A stretch of DNA of 19,015 nucleotides. Origin: Methanotrichaceae archaeon. Its GTDB lineage: Archaea; Halobacteriota; Methanosarcinia; Methanotrichales; Methanotrichaceae. The first letter of the stretch is position 1. Every line of letters starts with the position of its first letter. The stretch covers positions 1 to 19,015 of the forward strand of contig CAWEXU010000024.1 of the NCBI GenBank assembly GCA_963813075.1, in the 5' to 3' direction. Below the pieces are notes generated by a model. It was not told the origin of the DNA. It was given only the letters and a program-made list of their open reading frames with translations, and did no database searches. The position numbers and the translations under genes were made by a program. Below, one piece after another: positions 1 to 10,033 of the stretch.

Positions 1-313
1 GGTCTGAACAAGAGGTTTGGGGATGCACCACAGTTCTATCTCTTCACCCTGCTGATAGCGTTTGGTGCCATCTTCATACTGGTTCCCGATGCGCCACTGC
101 TAGCGATTACTGTGCTCTCAGAGGTGATCAACGGGTCGCTTCTACCAATGGTGCTGCTCTTTCATTCTCTTTCTGATCATCGACCGGAGGATCATGGGAC
201 TATACATCAACGGAAAGCTCTTCAATCTGATCGCCTGGAGCACAACCATTATGGTGAGCATCCTCATTGTGCTCTTAGTGGTGACGACCATCTATCCACT
301 CTCGGGAGGATGA
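1..313 (+). CDS. 3' end of an NRAMP/MntH-family divalent metal transporter (partial; +1 frameshift at ~160-162)
   Basis: Frame +1 reads GLNKRFGDAPQFYLFTLLIAFGAIFILVPDAPLLAITVLSEVINGSLLPMVLL. Removing one T at 160-162 continues FILFLIIDRRIMGLYINGKLFNLIAWSTTIMVSILIVLLVVTTIYPLSGG* (TGA 311-313). The 'S.V.NG.LLP...D...MG.Y.N...N.IAW' pattern is typical of NRAMP C-termini. Confidence 0.75.
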
Positions 314-376
314 TTTAAGAGGTGCTCGGGAGAAATATAAAGCAATAATTGAAGCGAAAGCAGGCGATAAGAGCGG

Positions 377-1671
377 ATGGAAATCGGAGGCAGTGGCTTG
401 CAGGGACCGAAAAGGGATGAATATTCGCCAGATCGCCCTTCCAGCAGCCGCGCTGATGCTCCAATCAATCCCTCTCCTGCTGGATCGCCTCCTGAATCGA
501 CACCTGAATCGACACCTGAATCGTCTCTTGAATCTCCTTCTGAATCGCCCTATGTATCGTCCTCAATGCAATCGGAAAGAGAGCCGGATATCCGGCCGGA
601 TATCCCGGCCTCTGAATCGGATTCAGACCCAGTTCCCAATGGGTCCGCGACTAGGGAATTGCAGCCGAACCGGGAGCTGCCCAGGTTCACGGTGATAGAG
701 TATGATGAGAATCACTTTTTTGAAACGGAGACAAATGAGGTTGAGGATTGTCTGATATCCAGGGACCGGCCTTATATGACCTGGATCAACGTGGACTGTC
801 CCCGGCAGGTGTATTCTCTGGAAAAGCTGGGTGCATGCTATGGATTGCATCCCCTGGTATTGGAGGACATCCTCACCGACCAGCGTCCCAAAGTTGAGGA
901 TTATGAGGACTACATATTCATCGTCCTCAAGATGCTCTACTACGAGGAGGAAGGGGACGACGTGATGGGGGATTTCAGCATCGACATGGACCAGGTGAGC
1001 ATAATCGTAGGCAACAATTTTATAATATCGTTTAAGGAGAAGGATGTGGATGTGTTCCGGCCCCTCAGGGAGAGGCTGAGGACATCCAAAGGCCGGATCA
1101 GAAAGCAGGGTGCCGACTACCTGGCCTACTCCATGATCGACTCGATCGTCGACCACTACTTTGTGATCATGGAGAAGCTGGGCGACAGGTTCGAGGAGCT
1201 GGAGGACTCGGTGGTCTCCAATCCGGAGCCGGGCATCCTTCCCGCCATCTACAATCTGAAGCGGGATATGCTCTTTTTGCGAAAATCGGTCTGGCCTCTG
1301 CGGGAGGCAATAAGCCGCATGCAGAGGATGGACTCTCACCTCATCACCGAGACCACCAGGATCTACCTGAGGGATGTGTACGACCACACCATCCAGGTGA
1401 TCGAGAACATTGAGACATTCAGGGATATGTCCGCCTCCCTTCTGGAGACCTATCTCTCCAGCCTGAGCAATAAGCTCAATGAGGTGATCAAGCTCCTGAC
1501 CATCATCTCCACCATATTCATCCCCTTGACCTTCCTGGCAGGGCTCTACGGCATGAATTTCACCCATATGCCGGAGCTGGAGCACCCTGGGGATATCCTG
1601 CCGTCCTGGTGCTGATGCTGCTGGTGGTGGGGGTGATGCTGGCATACTTCTACCGGAAGAAATGGATCTGA
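377..1671 (+). CDS. corA: CorA magnesium/cobalt transporter (one C missing at ~1585-1587)
   Basis: Has the YGMNF signature and MPEL loop, plus HPLVLEDI, QRPKVEDY and YLRDVYDH. Restoring one C gives HPWGYPAVLVLMLLVVGVMLAYFYRKKWI* (TGA 1669-1671), the canonical second TM helix and KKW tail. Confidence 0.93.
491..550 (+). repeat. In-frame 12-bp tandem repeat in the corA N-terminal extension
   Basis: CCTGAATCGACA x2, CCTGAATCGTCT, CTTGAATCTCCT, TCTGAATCGCCC, encoding PEST-PEST-PESS-LESP-SESP. Confidence 0.85.
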
Positions 1672-1744
1672 AGATATAGAAAATTTTTTTACAGAAGCTT
1701 TAAATATTCATTTTCCATCCCATCAATGATGGATCTCTCGAGCG

Positions 1745-2651
1745 ATGAGTCTGGCAGATCCTCAGCTCATGGCTGACCAGATACAGTATCAGGTGGATTC
1801 GATAGCTGGAAGGCATGTAGATCTCGCCTCCCTCCGGCTCCTGGCAGATGCCATCGAGGGTATTGATGTTATATATATCTTCGTGACTTTAATAGTAATA
1901 ATACTTATAATAATTCTTACCAGAGCGGCGGCCAGGTCTGGTGGATCGCATGCTGCGAAATCATATCCCCAGGATCGTTAACCGGGTGGAGGTGAGGATG
2001 GACCAGACCGTGCAGCTCATGATCCGCAGGATCGTCTCTGCCACCATATATCTGGTCGGCCTGATGCTGGTCATATTGCAGGTGCCGCAGCTGCATAGCG
2101 TTGCCGCTGCCATGCTCGCCGGAGCGGGAATTGCCGGCCTGGCCATAGGCTATGCGGCCAAGGACTCCCTCTCCAATTTCACCTCCGGGATCTTCATCGC
2201 CATATTCCAGCCCTTCCGGGTGGGTGATCTGGTGGACTTCAGAAATGAATACGGCCAGATCGAGGATTTGACCCTGAGGCATACGGTGATTCGCACCGCA
2301 GACAACCGCAGGATCATTGTTCCCAACAGCATCATCAGCACAGAGCCGGTCACTAACTGGACGATCAGGGAGAAAGAGATCACCTGGTCGGTGGACTTCG
2401 ACCTGGATAAGGCGGCGGACATAGATCGGGCGAGGGAGATAATTCTGGAGAAGGCGGGCGGTCATCCTCAAGTTTTAAAGGACAGGCCATTGAGCGTCCA
2501 GCTCGTCAGCTCCAGGAATGCAGAGCTGATCCTCAGGCTGGAAGTGACCGTTCCGGGGAGAAATGTGGCCAAGGCGGTGGGCAATGAGATCCGAGAGGCG
2601 GTGATCAAGGAGTTTGAGGCCAGGGGAATATCGCCCGCACCCCTGCCCTGA
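1745..2651 (+). CDS. mscS: Small-conductance mechanosensitive channel, MscS family (+1 frameshift at ~1937)
   Basis: AGAGIAGLAIGYAAKDSLSNFTSGIFI...QPFRVGD...G.IEDLTLRHT.IRT.DNRRIIVPNS is the MscS core. ORF 1745-1981 supplies the first TM helix and joins the downstream ORF as ...RAAAR-LVDRMLR if one base near 1937 is removed. Confidence 0.88.
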
Positions 2652-3221
2652 TCAGGCTACAGACACCTTTTTGGAGATGATGGATCGAAGGGGCTCGATC
2701 TGGCCGCGTTTGGCGCTGATGGGAGCGACCCTATCCGGCCACTGGGTCCAGGGGGGGAGCATCCCCAGCCGCTCACAGATCAGGTCCAGTGCTCCATCCC
2801 TATCCTCCCTGGCGATGCGGTCCATCTTGTTTGCCGCCAGTACCTGGTGCAGGCCCAAATCGCCCAGAAACTCCCATAGCTCGATCTCCATCGGCACCTC
2901 ACCCCGTCCCTCCCAGCGGTCGGCTATATCCAGGAAGGATGCGGCGTCGATCACCTGCACCGCCAGGAGGATCTCTTCCGCATGCTCTTCAAAATAATGG
3001 ACGATCAGGTCTTTGGTCTTCTCCTGGTCGGCTTTTGTTGTTCTATACATAAAGCCGTAGCCGGGCATATCCACATAGAAGATGTTCCCTACCTTGGCCT
3101 TGAACGGGTACTGGGTGATACCGGGACGCTTGCCTATCCGGACCTTCTTTCCGGTAAGCTCCCAGAATAGGGTGGATTTGCCGACATTGGACCTGCCGAT
3201 CAGGACGACCTCCTTGCTCAT
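2652..3221 (-). CDS. engB: GTP-binding protein EngB/YihA(YsxC) family
   Basis: G1 GRSNVGKS, G2 PGIT, G3 DMPGYG, G4 NKMD, G5 ISAK. Confidence 0.9.
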   Translation of the reverse strand: MSKEVVLIGRSNVGKSTLFWELTGKKVRIGKRPGITQYPFKAKVGNIFYVDMPGYGFMYRTTKADQEKTKDLIVHYFEEHAEEILLAVQVIDAASFLDIADRWEGRGEVPMEIELWEFLGDLGLHQVLAANKMDRIAREDRDGALDLICERLGMLPPWTQWPDRVAPISAKRGQIEPLRSIISKKVSVA

Positions 3222-3321
3222 GGTATAGATAGAGATAGGGCAAGATTGAAAAGGGTGTCTATCTGAAGGTGGCCTATCTTGAGTCGGCTATCGGAAAATT
3301 AGGGCACAAATGAGCGTATAA

Positions 3322-3921
3322 ATGACTGAATCGGAATTGACTGAAGCACAAATAGATCCTAAAGAGGTCGCTCTTCTGCTCTTTCGGGCCATGATGCTCC
3401 CCGACAGGGAGGTCTTCAAGGAATTTAATGTGACAAAGTATACGGCAACGGACTACACCCGCATGGCCTGCCACATTCTTTTCCGCTGCCAGCGGTGCGG
3501 GACATGCTGCACCACAGGAGACCCCATCCGCCTGCGGCCCGAGGATGCGGCAAAACTGGCAAAGCATCTCAAAATCCCCCTGAACAAATTCCTCAAAAAG
3601 TACACTATTCCTGATCCGGAGAAGCCCGGAGTTCTGGATTTCAAGCATATCCTGCCCTGCAAGTTCTATGATCGGAAGGCCGGGGGCTGCAAGGTCTACT
3701 CTGCCCGTCCCTGGTCATGCCGCATCTTTCCGTTCCTGGGGGTCTACGGCTCATCTGATCAGGTGGTGGTAAACCCGTCCTGTCCGGGGTCAGTGGAGAC
3801 GATGAGGATCTTAACAGAGGCGATGGAAGAGGTCCAAAGGGAGCAGGAGGGATATCCCCCCAGCCCAGAGGAGATCAGGCGGAGCAAAGAGCGTCTGAGG
3901 AGAATTCTGGATGAACTCTGA
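3322..3921 (+). CDS. YkgJ-family cysteine-cluster (CxxCxxCC) putative Fe-S/Zn protein
   Basis: FRCQRCGTCC, then PCKFYD...CKVY.ARPWSCRIFPF and a distal CPG. Confidence 0.85.
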   Translation: MTESELTEAQIDPKEVALLLFRAMMLPDREVFKEFNVTKYTATDYTRMACHILFRCQRCGTCCTTGDPIRLRPEDAAKLAKHLKIPLNKFLKKYTIPDPEKPGVLDFKHILPCKFYDRKAGGCKVYSARPWSCRIFPFLGVYGSSDQVVVNPSCPGSVETMRILTEAMEEVQREQEGYPPSPEEIRRSKERLRRILDEL

Positions 3922-4001
3922 ACGTCAGTCTGAATCTACTGAAATTGCCTGGGAATTTCGGCAGTGGATGGCATGATCAGAAGGATCTGATGGGAAAGGA
4001 G

Positions 4002-4946
4002 TTAGACCTCCTTCCCGAACACCTCCACCAGCGAATCTCTGGCCTTCTTCATCACTTCCGTGGGGCAGGTCTTGTAAGCCCTCTCTAGCGGCTCTATTGC
4101 CCTCTCGTCTCCGATCTCACCCAGGCTCCAGGCCGCCCAGGCCCTGATCTCCTCATCGTCCTGGCTGAACATGACCTCTATCAGAGCATCAAGGGCTTTG
4201 TCGTGGCCTATCTCCCCGAGAGCGGTCACTGCGGTATAGCGCACCTTCCATTCCCTGTCCGGCAGAGCGGCAAGAGCGAGATCCGCGGCCCTCTCCCCTT
4301 TTATCTTTCCCAGGGACTTTAAGGCCTCACAGCGCACATCCACATCATCATCTTGCAGCGCAACCGTGAGGGGTTCAATGCCCTCTTCGCTGGCTACCTC
4401 TCCCATGTAGGCTGCCGCCCTTCGCCTCACCTCGGCATCCTCGTCTGTTATCAGCCGGGCCACATCCGGCAGGGATTGAGCATAGCCGATCTTCGCGAGG
4501 CCGGTGGTGGCCATCCCCCGGACCTCGGGATCGGAATAGTTCAAAAGATCTCTGAAAGCCTCTGCTGCCTCTAAAGCGCGCAGGGCCATCGCCGCCCTCA
4601 AGCGCACATCCCTGGAGCCATCTCTTTTCATGGCCAAAACCAGAGGCTGTACTGCCTCCTGATTGCCCAGGGCCTCCATAGCGGCTGCGCTCCACTCGCG
4701 AACCACATGATCCGGATCGCTGAGCAGAGCATAACAGAGGGGCTTTAACGCCCTGGCAGATCCCGTCTTGCCCAGGATCCAGGCGGACTTGTAGCGCAGG
4801 TCTGAGAACTCGCCCTTCTCCAGGGCTTCAGCAACGGCATCTACCGCCTCTTCACCCAGGTTTACCAGGGCCCATGCCGCCTTCTGACGTTCAAAATAGT
4901 CATCGCTCTGGCCGAGCTTCTTTATGAGTTCATGAGCCTTGTCCAT
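4002..4946 (-). CDS. HEAT-repeat (PBS lyase-like) protein
   Basis: Repeated ~31-aa units of the form D....VR..AA.ALG.IG...A...L. Confidence 0.88.
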   Translation of the reverse strand: MDKAHELIKKLGQSDDYFERQKAAWALVNLGEEAVDAVAEALEKGEFSDLRYKSAWILGKTGSARALKPLCYALLSDPDHVVREWSAAAMEALGNQEAVQPLVLAMKRDGSRDVRLRAAMALRALEAAEAFRDLLNYSDPEVRGMATTGLAKIGYAQSLPDVARLITDEDAEVRRRAAAYMGEVASEEGIEPLTVALQDDDVDVRCEALKSLGKIKGERAADLALAALPDREWKVRYTAVTALGEIGHDKALDALIEVMFSQDDEEIRAWAAWSLGEIGDERAIEPLERAYKTCPTEVMKKARDSLVEVFGKEV

Positions 4947-5070
4947 GCCGATTCATGGGCAGCGCAGTCTATTAAGCTTTGTGCAAATATAATTCGCAGA
5001 TAAAATATCGCATGCAAATGTTTAAGCGTTAATGGACTGCTTCGGCAGAGATTAGACAGGAAAAGAAAAC

Positions 5071-5978
5071 ATGGGATACCTATTCGGACCTGTGCTCTCC
5101 CGCCGCCTGGGGCTATCCATGGGGGTGGACCTGCTCAGGCACAAGACCTGCAACCTGGACTGCGTCTACTGCGAGCTGGGCCGGACCGACTGCCTGACCT
5201 GCAGACGGGGACGGTTTGTCCCTCCGCAAAAGGTGCTCAGGAGATCAGGGAGAAGAGGAATGAGCCCTTCGACTACCTGACGTTCGCCGGTTCGGGAGAG
5301 CCGACACTTAGCCAGGACCTGGGACGGGCGGTGGCCTTCGCCAAAGAGACGGTCTCCCGTCCGGTGGCGGTGATCACAAACAGCACCCTTCTTACCAGTC
5401 CTGCAGTTCGAAAAGAGGTTGCAGCAGCGGATGTGGTCCTCCCCTCCCTTGATGCTGCCTCTGCAGGTGCCTTCCAGGCGATCAACCGGCCGGCCCAGGG
5501 CCTGAAGATCGAGGAGATAGTTCAGGGCCTCAGGGAGTTTCGCCGGGAGTACTCGGGAGAGATCTGGCTGGAGGTGATGCTGGTGGCCGGTATCAACGAC
5601 CATGAGGCAGATCTCATCGCCCGGGCGGCGGAATCAACTGAGCCGGACAGAATCCAGCTGAACACCGTGGTCAGAACGCCTGCTGAGCCGGTCCGACCCC
5701 TGAGCGAGGAGGAGATGGTTCGGATGCTGGAGATCTTTCCGGGAGCGGAGCTGATTCCCGACTGGGACTGGAGGGTCCCGGTTGATATTCGCAACAGAAT
5801 CCTGGACAGCTTATGCCGCTCGCCCTGTACCCTGGAGGAGATCTGCCGCCTTCACGACCTTACTGATAGCGATGCCATCAAATACTGCAAGATCCTGGAG
5901 CACGATGGTCTGATCACCAGAAGGATCGAAGGAGGAAAGCTCTGCTTTCTGGGAAGCAAAAGCCTTGGCAGAGGATAG
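5071..5978 (+). CDS. Radical SAM Fe-S oxidoreductase (TYW1/COG0731-like) with a possible C-terminal winged helix; one base missing at ~5238-5240
   Basis: FGPV.SRRLG.S.GVDL...[10 protein letters not shown] contains the CxxxCxxC motif. After the shift it reads [23 protein letters not shown], which runs in frame into the 5331-5978 ORF ([23 protein letters not shown]). Confidence 0.88.
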
Positions 5979-6006
5979 CTAAAAATCCTCAAATGGATGG
6001 TTTTCG

Positions 6007-6855
6007 ATGACGGAGAATAATGAAAATTGCGAGACATGCGCTCATCAGGGCACCTGCCCCAGCCAGAATAGCGACCATGCAGCCGCATGCGCAGACCCGG
6101 CGAGAAAGATAAAACATAAGATCATCGTCGCCAGCGGCAAGGGTGGAGTAGGCAAGAGCACCGTATCAGTCAACCTGGCACGGGCTCTCTTGCTGGATGG
6201 ATTCAAGGTTGGCATTCTGGACGCCGATATCACCGGCCCGAATATCCCAAAGCTCCTGGGAATTGAGGATCAGAGTCTGGTGCTGGGGGAGGATGGCATA
6301 AAGCCTGCCGATGCTGGCGGCATCAAGGCGGCCTCCATGGCCCTCGTCCTCTCCAGCCCGGACTCGCCCGTGGTCTGGAGGGGGCCCATGAAGATGGCAG
6401 CCATCAAACAGTTCATCCAGGATGTAGACTGGGGAGAGCTGGATTTTCTGATCATAGACCTTCCGCCCGGCACCAGCGACGAGCCTTTGAGCGTAGTGCA
6501 GCTCATCCCCGACCTCTCCGGGGCGTTAATTGTCACCACACCTCAGGAGGTCTCCCTGCTCGACTCCCGCAAAGCAGTGAACATGGTCAGGGGAATGAAG
6601 CTTCCTGTTATTGGAATTATCGAGAACATGGCTGGCCTTAATTGTCCCCACTGCCATCAGCGGATCGATATCTTCCAGAGCGGCGGCGGGGAGAGGATGG
6701 CAGAGGAGATGAATGTGAGATTTCTGGGGTCCATTCCCATCGATCCCCTTGTCTGCTCCCTGGGCGATGCTGGCCAGACTTTCGTAGAAGGAGACACGCC
6801 GGCAGCAGAAGCCTTCCGCCTAATTGTGGCCCATCTGGAAAATATCCTGAGATAG
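6007..6855 (+). CDS. Mrp/NBP35 (ApbC) iron-sulfur cluster carrier ATPase
   Basis: Deviant Walker A SGKGGVGKST, DADITGP, VVWRGP, DLPPGTSD, ENMAGLNCPHC, and an N-terminal Cys-rich segment. Confidence 0.93.
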   Translation: MTENNENCETCAHQGTCPSQNSDHAAACADPARKIKHKIIVASGKGGVGKSTVSVNLARALLLDGFKVGILDADITGPNIPKLLGIEDQSLVLGEDGIKPADAGGIKAASMALVLSSPDSPVVWRGPMKMAAIKQFIQDVDWGELDFLIIDLPPGTSDEPLSVVQLIPDLSGALIVTTPQEVSLLDSRKAVNMVRGMKLPVIGIIENMAGLNCPHCHQRIDIFQSGGGERMAEEMNVRFLGSIPIDPLVCSLGDAGQTFVEGDTPAAEAFRLIVAHLENILR

Positions 6856-6915
6856 CCACTGCCTTCCGGCAAAAATATTTTTTGAAAAATTAGATTATTA
6901 AGATTAGAGCACTTC

Positions 6916-8106
6916 TCAGTATGTGCTCAGCTCACCCCGGAAGAGCATCTGCTGCAGCTTTGGAATGCTCCCCAGCCACTCGTCCAGGATCTCTGTGGCC
7001 CCTTCCTCCAATGACTTAATGTCCACTCCCTCCTTGGGCACGATCTGCACGCTGGCGATATGGGGCTCGTCGATGGGCTTTCCGATCTGGGATAGCATCT
7101 TGATGTAGACCTCCTCGATCCCCTGGACCTCGGAGGCGATCTGCTCTGCCGCCTGGATGGACAGCAGGTTATAGATCTTGCCCACGTGGTTGATGGGGTT
7201 CTTGCCGCAGGTGGCCTCCAGGCTCATGGGCCGGTTGGGGGTGATGAGGCCATTGGCCCGGTTGCCCCGGCCCACTGCACCGTCGTCTCCCATCTCCGCC
7301 GATGTGCCGGTAACTGTGATGTAGACCGATCCCTCTTCGATGTTGTCCGCCACATTCATCTGGGCGGCTACCTTGCGGGAGGTGAACTGCCGGGCGAACT
7401 CAATAATATGCTCGACGATTTCCCTCTTCGTGTCTGCATACTCTTTCATGTTGGCCACATACCTGTCCACCAGGGCGCAGGCGATGGTGAGGTTGATGGC
7501 ATCTCCCTGGCGCATGCCCATGACCTTGATGTCCTCGCCGATGGCAGGAATGCTCTTTTTAAGATTCATGAGCTCTCGCTCGGTGTTATAGACGATATTC
7601 TCCGTCTCGGAGAGGGGAGCATAGCCCACCCCAAAGGAGGTATCATTGGCGGAGGGAACCTTCCGGCCGAAGACGTCCCGCAGGTCGGAGGAGCCCATCC
7701 CTATCTTGGCATCGAGGATTATGTGGTTGTTGACATCCAGGTTGGAGAGGGACTCGACCAGGAGCCGACGCGCCGCTTTGATGGCAATGGTGTCCACCGG
7801 GATCTCCTCCTCCTTGAAGACCCTGGTGGCCCTGCCGGTGAGCAGAATATACAACGGACAGATGACCTCGCCGCCTCCAAATGCCGGTTTGGACCTCCCG
7901 GCCACTATCTGGGTCTTATCAGTGTTGTGGTGCAACACCGCTCCAAATCTATCAAGGTATTCCTGGCATAGAGCCCGGCTGATGGATTCCGCGAGACCGT
8001 CTGCTACGCTGTCCGGATGACCGATGCCCTTGCGCTCTACCAGCTCTATCTCCTGCTGCTCCAAAGGCCTTTGATTGAGGCGTTCAACCTTGATATTTCT
8101 CTTCAT
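6916..8106 (-). CDS. mat: Archaeal-type S-adenosylmethionine synthetase
   Basis: [52 protein letters not shown] and [13 protein letters not shown]. Probable start is ATG at 8106 (MKRNIKVE), not 8196. Confidence 0.95.
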   Translation of the reverse strand: MKRNIKVERLNQRPLEQQEIELVERKGIGHPDSVADGLAESISRALCQEYLDRFGAVLHHNTDKTQIVAGRSKPAFGGGEVICPLYILLTGRATRVFKEEEIPVDTIAIKAARRLLVESLSNLDVNNHIILDAKIGMGSSDLRDVFGRKVPSANDTSFGVGYAPLSETENIVYNTERELMNLKKSIPAIGEDIKVMGMRQGDAINLTIACALVDRYVANMKEYADTKREIVEHIIEFARQFTSRKVAAQMNVADNIEEGSVYITVTGTSAEMGDDGAVGRGNRANGLITPNRPMSLEATCGKNPINHVGKIYNLLSIQAAEQIASEVQGIEEVYIKMLSQIGKPIDEPHIASVQIVPKEGVDIKSLEEGATEILDEWLGSIPKLQQMLFRGELSTY

Positions 8107-8221
8107 GATATTTTCCTCGAGTGTGATTATCATTATCAAGCTTTTAAGGCAGTACGGCAATCTAAACAGGTGCAATGCCATATTAATGCTTTGCAAGAGG
8201 CAGTCTCACCCAAAATCTGGC

Positions 8222-9016
8222 CTACTGAGTCAGACCCACCTGCCACTTGAGCATTCTTTCCTCCACCACATAGCGGAAGGTACGATCTATTGCCAGGCCC
8301 AAAAGGCCCAGGACAATCATGTACATGAATACCTCGTCCATCCGGTAGTGGCCATACGAGTCCCAGATCTTGAATCCCAGGCCATTCTTGCTGACCCCGA
8401 ACATCTCGGCGGCAACAAGGCACATCCAGGCAATTCCCATGGCGATCCTTATGCCAGCTGCAATGGAGGGCAGAGAGTAAGGCAGAGCGACATACCTGAT
8501 CAGGTCGATATCTTTAGTTGCACCGAGAACCTTTGCAGACTCGACATACACCCGGGGAAGGCTCTTGAAGCCCATGTAGGTGTTGGTCAATATGGGAAAC
8601 ACCGCCCCGATGAAGATGATAAATCCAGCTGCCGTATTGGTAATGCCAAACCAGATGATGGCAAATGGGATCCAGGCCAGTGGCGGTATGGGGCGCAGTA
8701 TCTCCACAATTGGATCTAAAATGTTGTCCAGAAACTTAAACCATCCCATTATCATTCCCGTGGGAAGGGCAATTAAAAGACCGCCTGCCATGCCTATGGC
8801 GAAATGAAGTGCGCTGACTGGCAGGTCATCGTAGAGAATAGACCGCCAGTTTTCATTGAAGGCAAAAACGACCTGGGAGAAGCTGGGCAGAATCAATCGG
8901 TCATCAATGAGAAATGCTGCCGTCTCCCAGAGAGCTATCAACATGAAAATGGAAAGGATGGGAATGCCCTGATCTTTAAGGACATTCGAGATCCTACTCC
9001 CACTAGCTTTTCTCAG
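8222..9016 (-). CDS. ABC transporter permease, NitT/TauT/SsuC family
   Basis: RPIPPLAWIPFAIIWFG, EAA-like loop ESAKVLGA, LPSIAAGIRIAMGIAWMCLVAAEM. The first ATG is at 8944, but the frame is open upstream to a CTG at 9016, just after the binding-protein stop. The start is uncertain. Confidence 0.88.
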   Translation of the reverse strand: MRKASGSRISNVLKDQGIPILSIFMLIALWETAAFLIDDRLILPSFSQVVFAFNENWRSILYDDLPVSALHFAIGMAGGLLIALPTGMIMGWFKFLDNILDPIVEILRPIPPLAWIPFAIIWFGITNTAAGFIIFIGAVFPILTNTYMGFKSLPRVYVESAKVLGATKDIDLIRYVALPYSLPSIAAGIRIAMGIAWMCLVAAEMFGVSKNGLGFKIWDSYGHYRMDEVFMYMIVLGLLGLAIDRTFRYVVEERMLKWQVGLTQ

Positions 9017-9017
9017 T

Positions 9018-10025
9018 TCAGCTCACCCTCTCGTAGAAGCTGGTATCGAAGAGATCCTCCTCTGTCAGCTCTCTTTGGGTATACTTCATCTCATAGTCAA
9101 CTTTTGCATATCCTACCGTTGAGGGTATTTGCAGATTCGGATCGCTGACCCACTCGCCGTCCCAGTTCTCTATGGAATGCTCAATTTCAGTGATATTCGC
9201 ATTGGTCTTTCTGGAATAGATCTCTGCGGCCTCTTTCGGATGAGAATTGATGTACTCTGTCGCCTTTATATGGGTCTTTATGATCTGCTCTACCAGTTCA
9301 GGCTGTTCCCGTATGAGCTTGTCTGTGACCACCAGGCTGCAGCAGGCATGGTCCGGCCACATCTCGCCTGATGCCACTACTGTCTTGCCCTTGCCGTTCA
9401 GCTCAACTATGGATGGCGCTGGATGGGGCAGGAATACTCCATCTATTCTGCCTGCGGAGAGTGCGCTCATAGCAGGTCCCGGGTCCATGGCTTTGATATC
9501 CACTTCAGAGACATCAACTCCATTATCAGTAAGCCATTTTTTCATTACAGTGTCCTGAATTGACCCGGGCGGGAATGTGCCAATGGAGAGGCCTGCCAGT
9601 GACTCCGGTCCGCTGTAGGCCAAGTCCGGCCGGACAACCAGATCCGAACCCTTGATGTTGACTGCGGCCACGATCTTGGCCGGAAGCCCAGCCGATATGG
9701 CGGAAATGGGCGGTGCGGTTCCGACGTATGCAATATCCAGCTCTCCTGCGACCATGGCCTGCATCTCCGGAACTCCTGTGGGGAACTCAAATTCTTTAAT
9801 CTCAGTTATGCCAAAGGGCGAGAGGTCCTCTGCCCACCAGCCCATCTCAGAGGCAACCATCTCGGCGATCTGATGGGTGCTGGGCTGGTAGCCGATGCGC
9901 AGGGTGTTAATTCCTGCGGATTCATCTGTGAGATTAGTGTTTTCGGTCTTCTCAGGAGGGGATATGCAACCCAAGGATAGTGCCACCACTGCGGCCAGGG
10001 TGGCTATCAACACGAATTTCCTCAA
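9018..10025 (-). CDS. ABC transporter substrate-binding lipoprotein, SsuA/TauA/NMT1 family (candidate sulfonate or coenzyme M binder)
   Basis: Lipoprotein signal RKFVLIATLAAVVALSLGC; LRIGYQPSTHQ, FPTGVPEMQAM.AGELDIAYVG, GSIQD and WPDHACC. Likely start is TTG at 10025 behind AGGTGA; the alternative is GTG at 10034. Confidence 0.88.
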   Translation of the reverse strand: MRKFVLIATLAAVVALSLGCISPPEKTENTNLTDESAGINTLRIGYQPSTHQIAEMVASEMGWWAEDLSPFGITEIKEFEFPTGVPEMQAMVAGELDIAYVGTAPPISAISAGLPAKIVAAVNIKGSDLVVRPDLAYSGPESLAGLSIGTFPPGSIQDTVMKKWLTDNGVDVSEVDIKAMDPGPAMSALSAGRIDGVFLPHPAPSIVELNGKGKTVVASGEMWPDHACCSLVVTDKLIREQPELVEQIIKTHIKATEYINSHPKEAAEIYSRKTNANITEIEHSIENWDGEWVSDPNLQIPSTVGYAKVDYEMKYTQRELTEEDLFDTSFYERVS

Positions 10026-10033
10026 TGCAATCA

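Noticed and set aside
623..1645. 340-aa minus-strand ORF, and similar long shadow ORFs (1917-2471, 7186-7971, 8075-8719, 11679-12380)
   Set aside because: They are antisense to well-supported genes in GC-rich DNA and have no recognisable motifs.
5230..5285. Programmed frameshift or stop read-through in the radical SAM gene
   Set aside because: There is no slippery heptamer, and five other genes show similar single indels, which points to sequence error.
8107..8196. 30-aa N-terminal extension of Mat in the ORF track
   Set aside because: Archaeal Mat begins around MxRNI. This stretch is AT-rich intergenic sequence with promoter-like elements.
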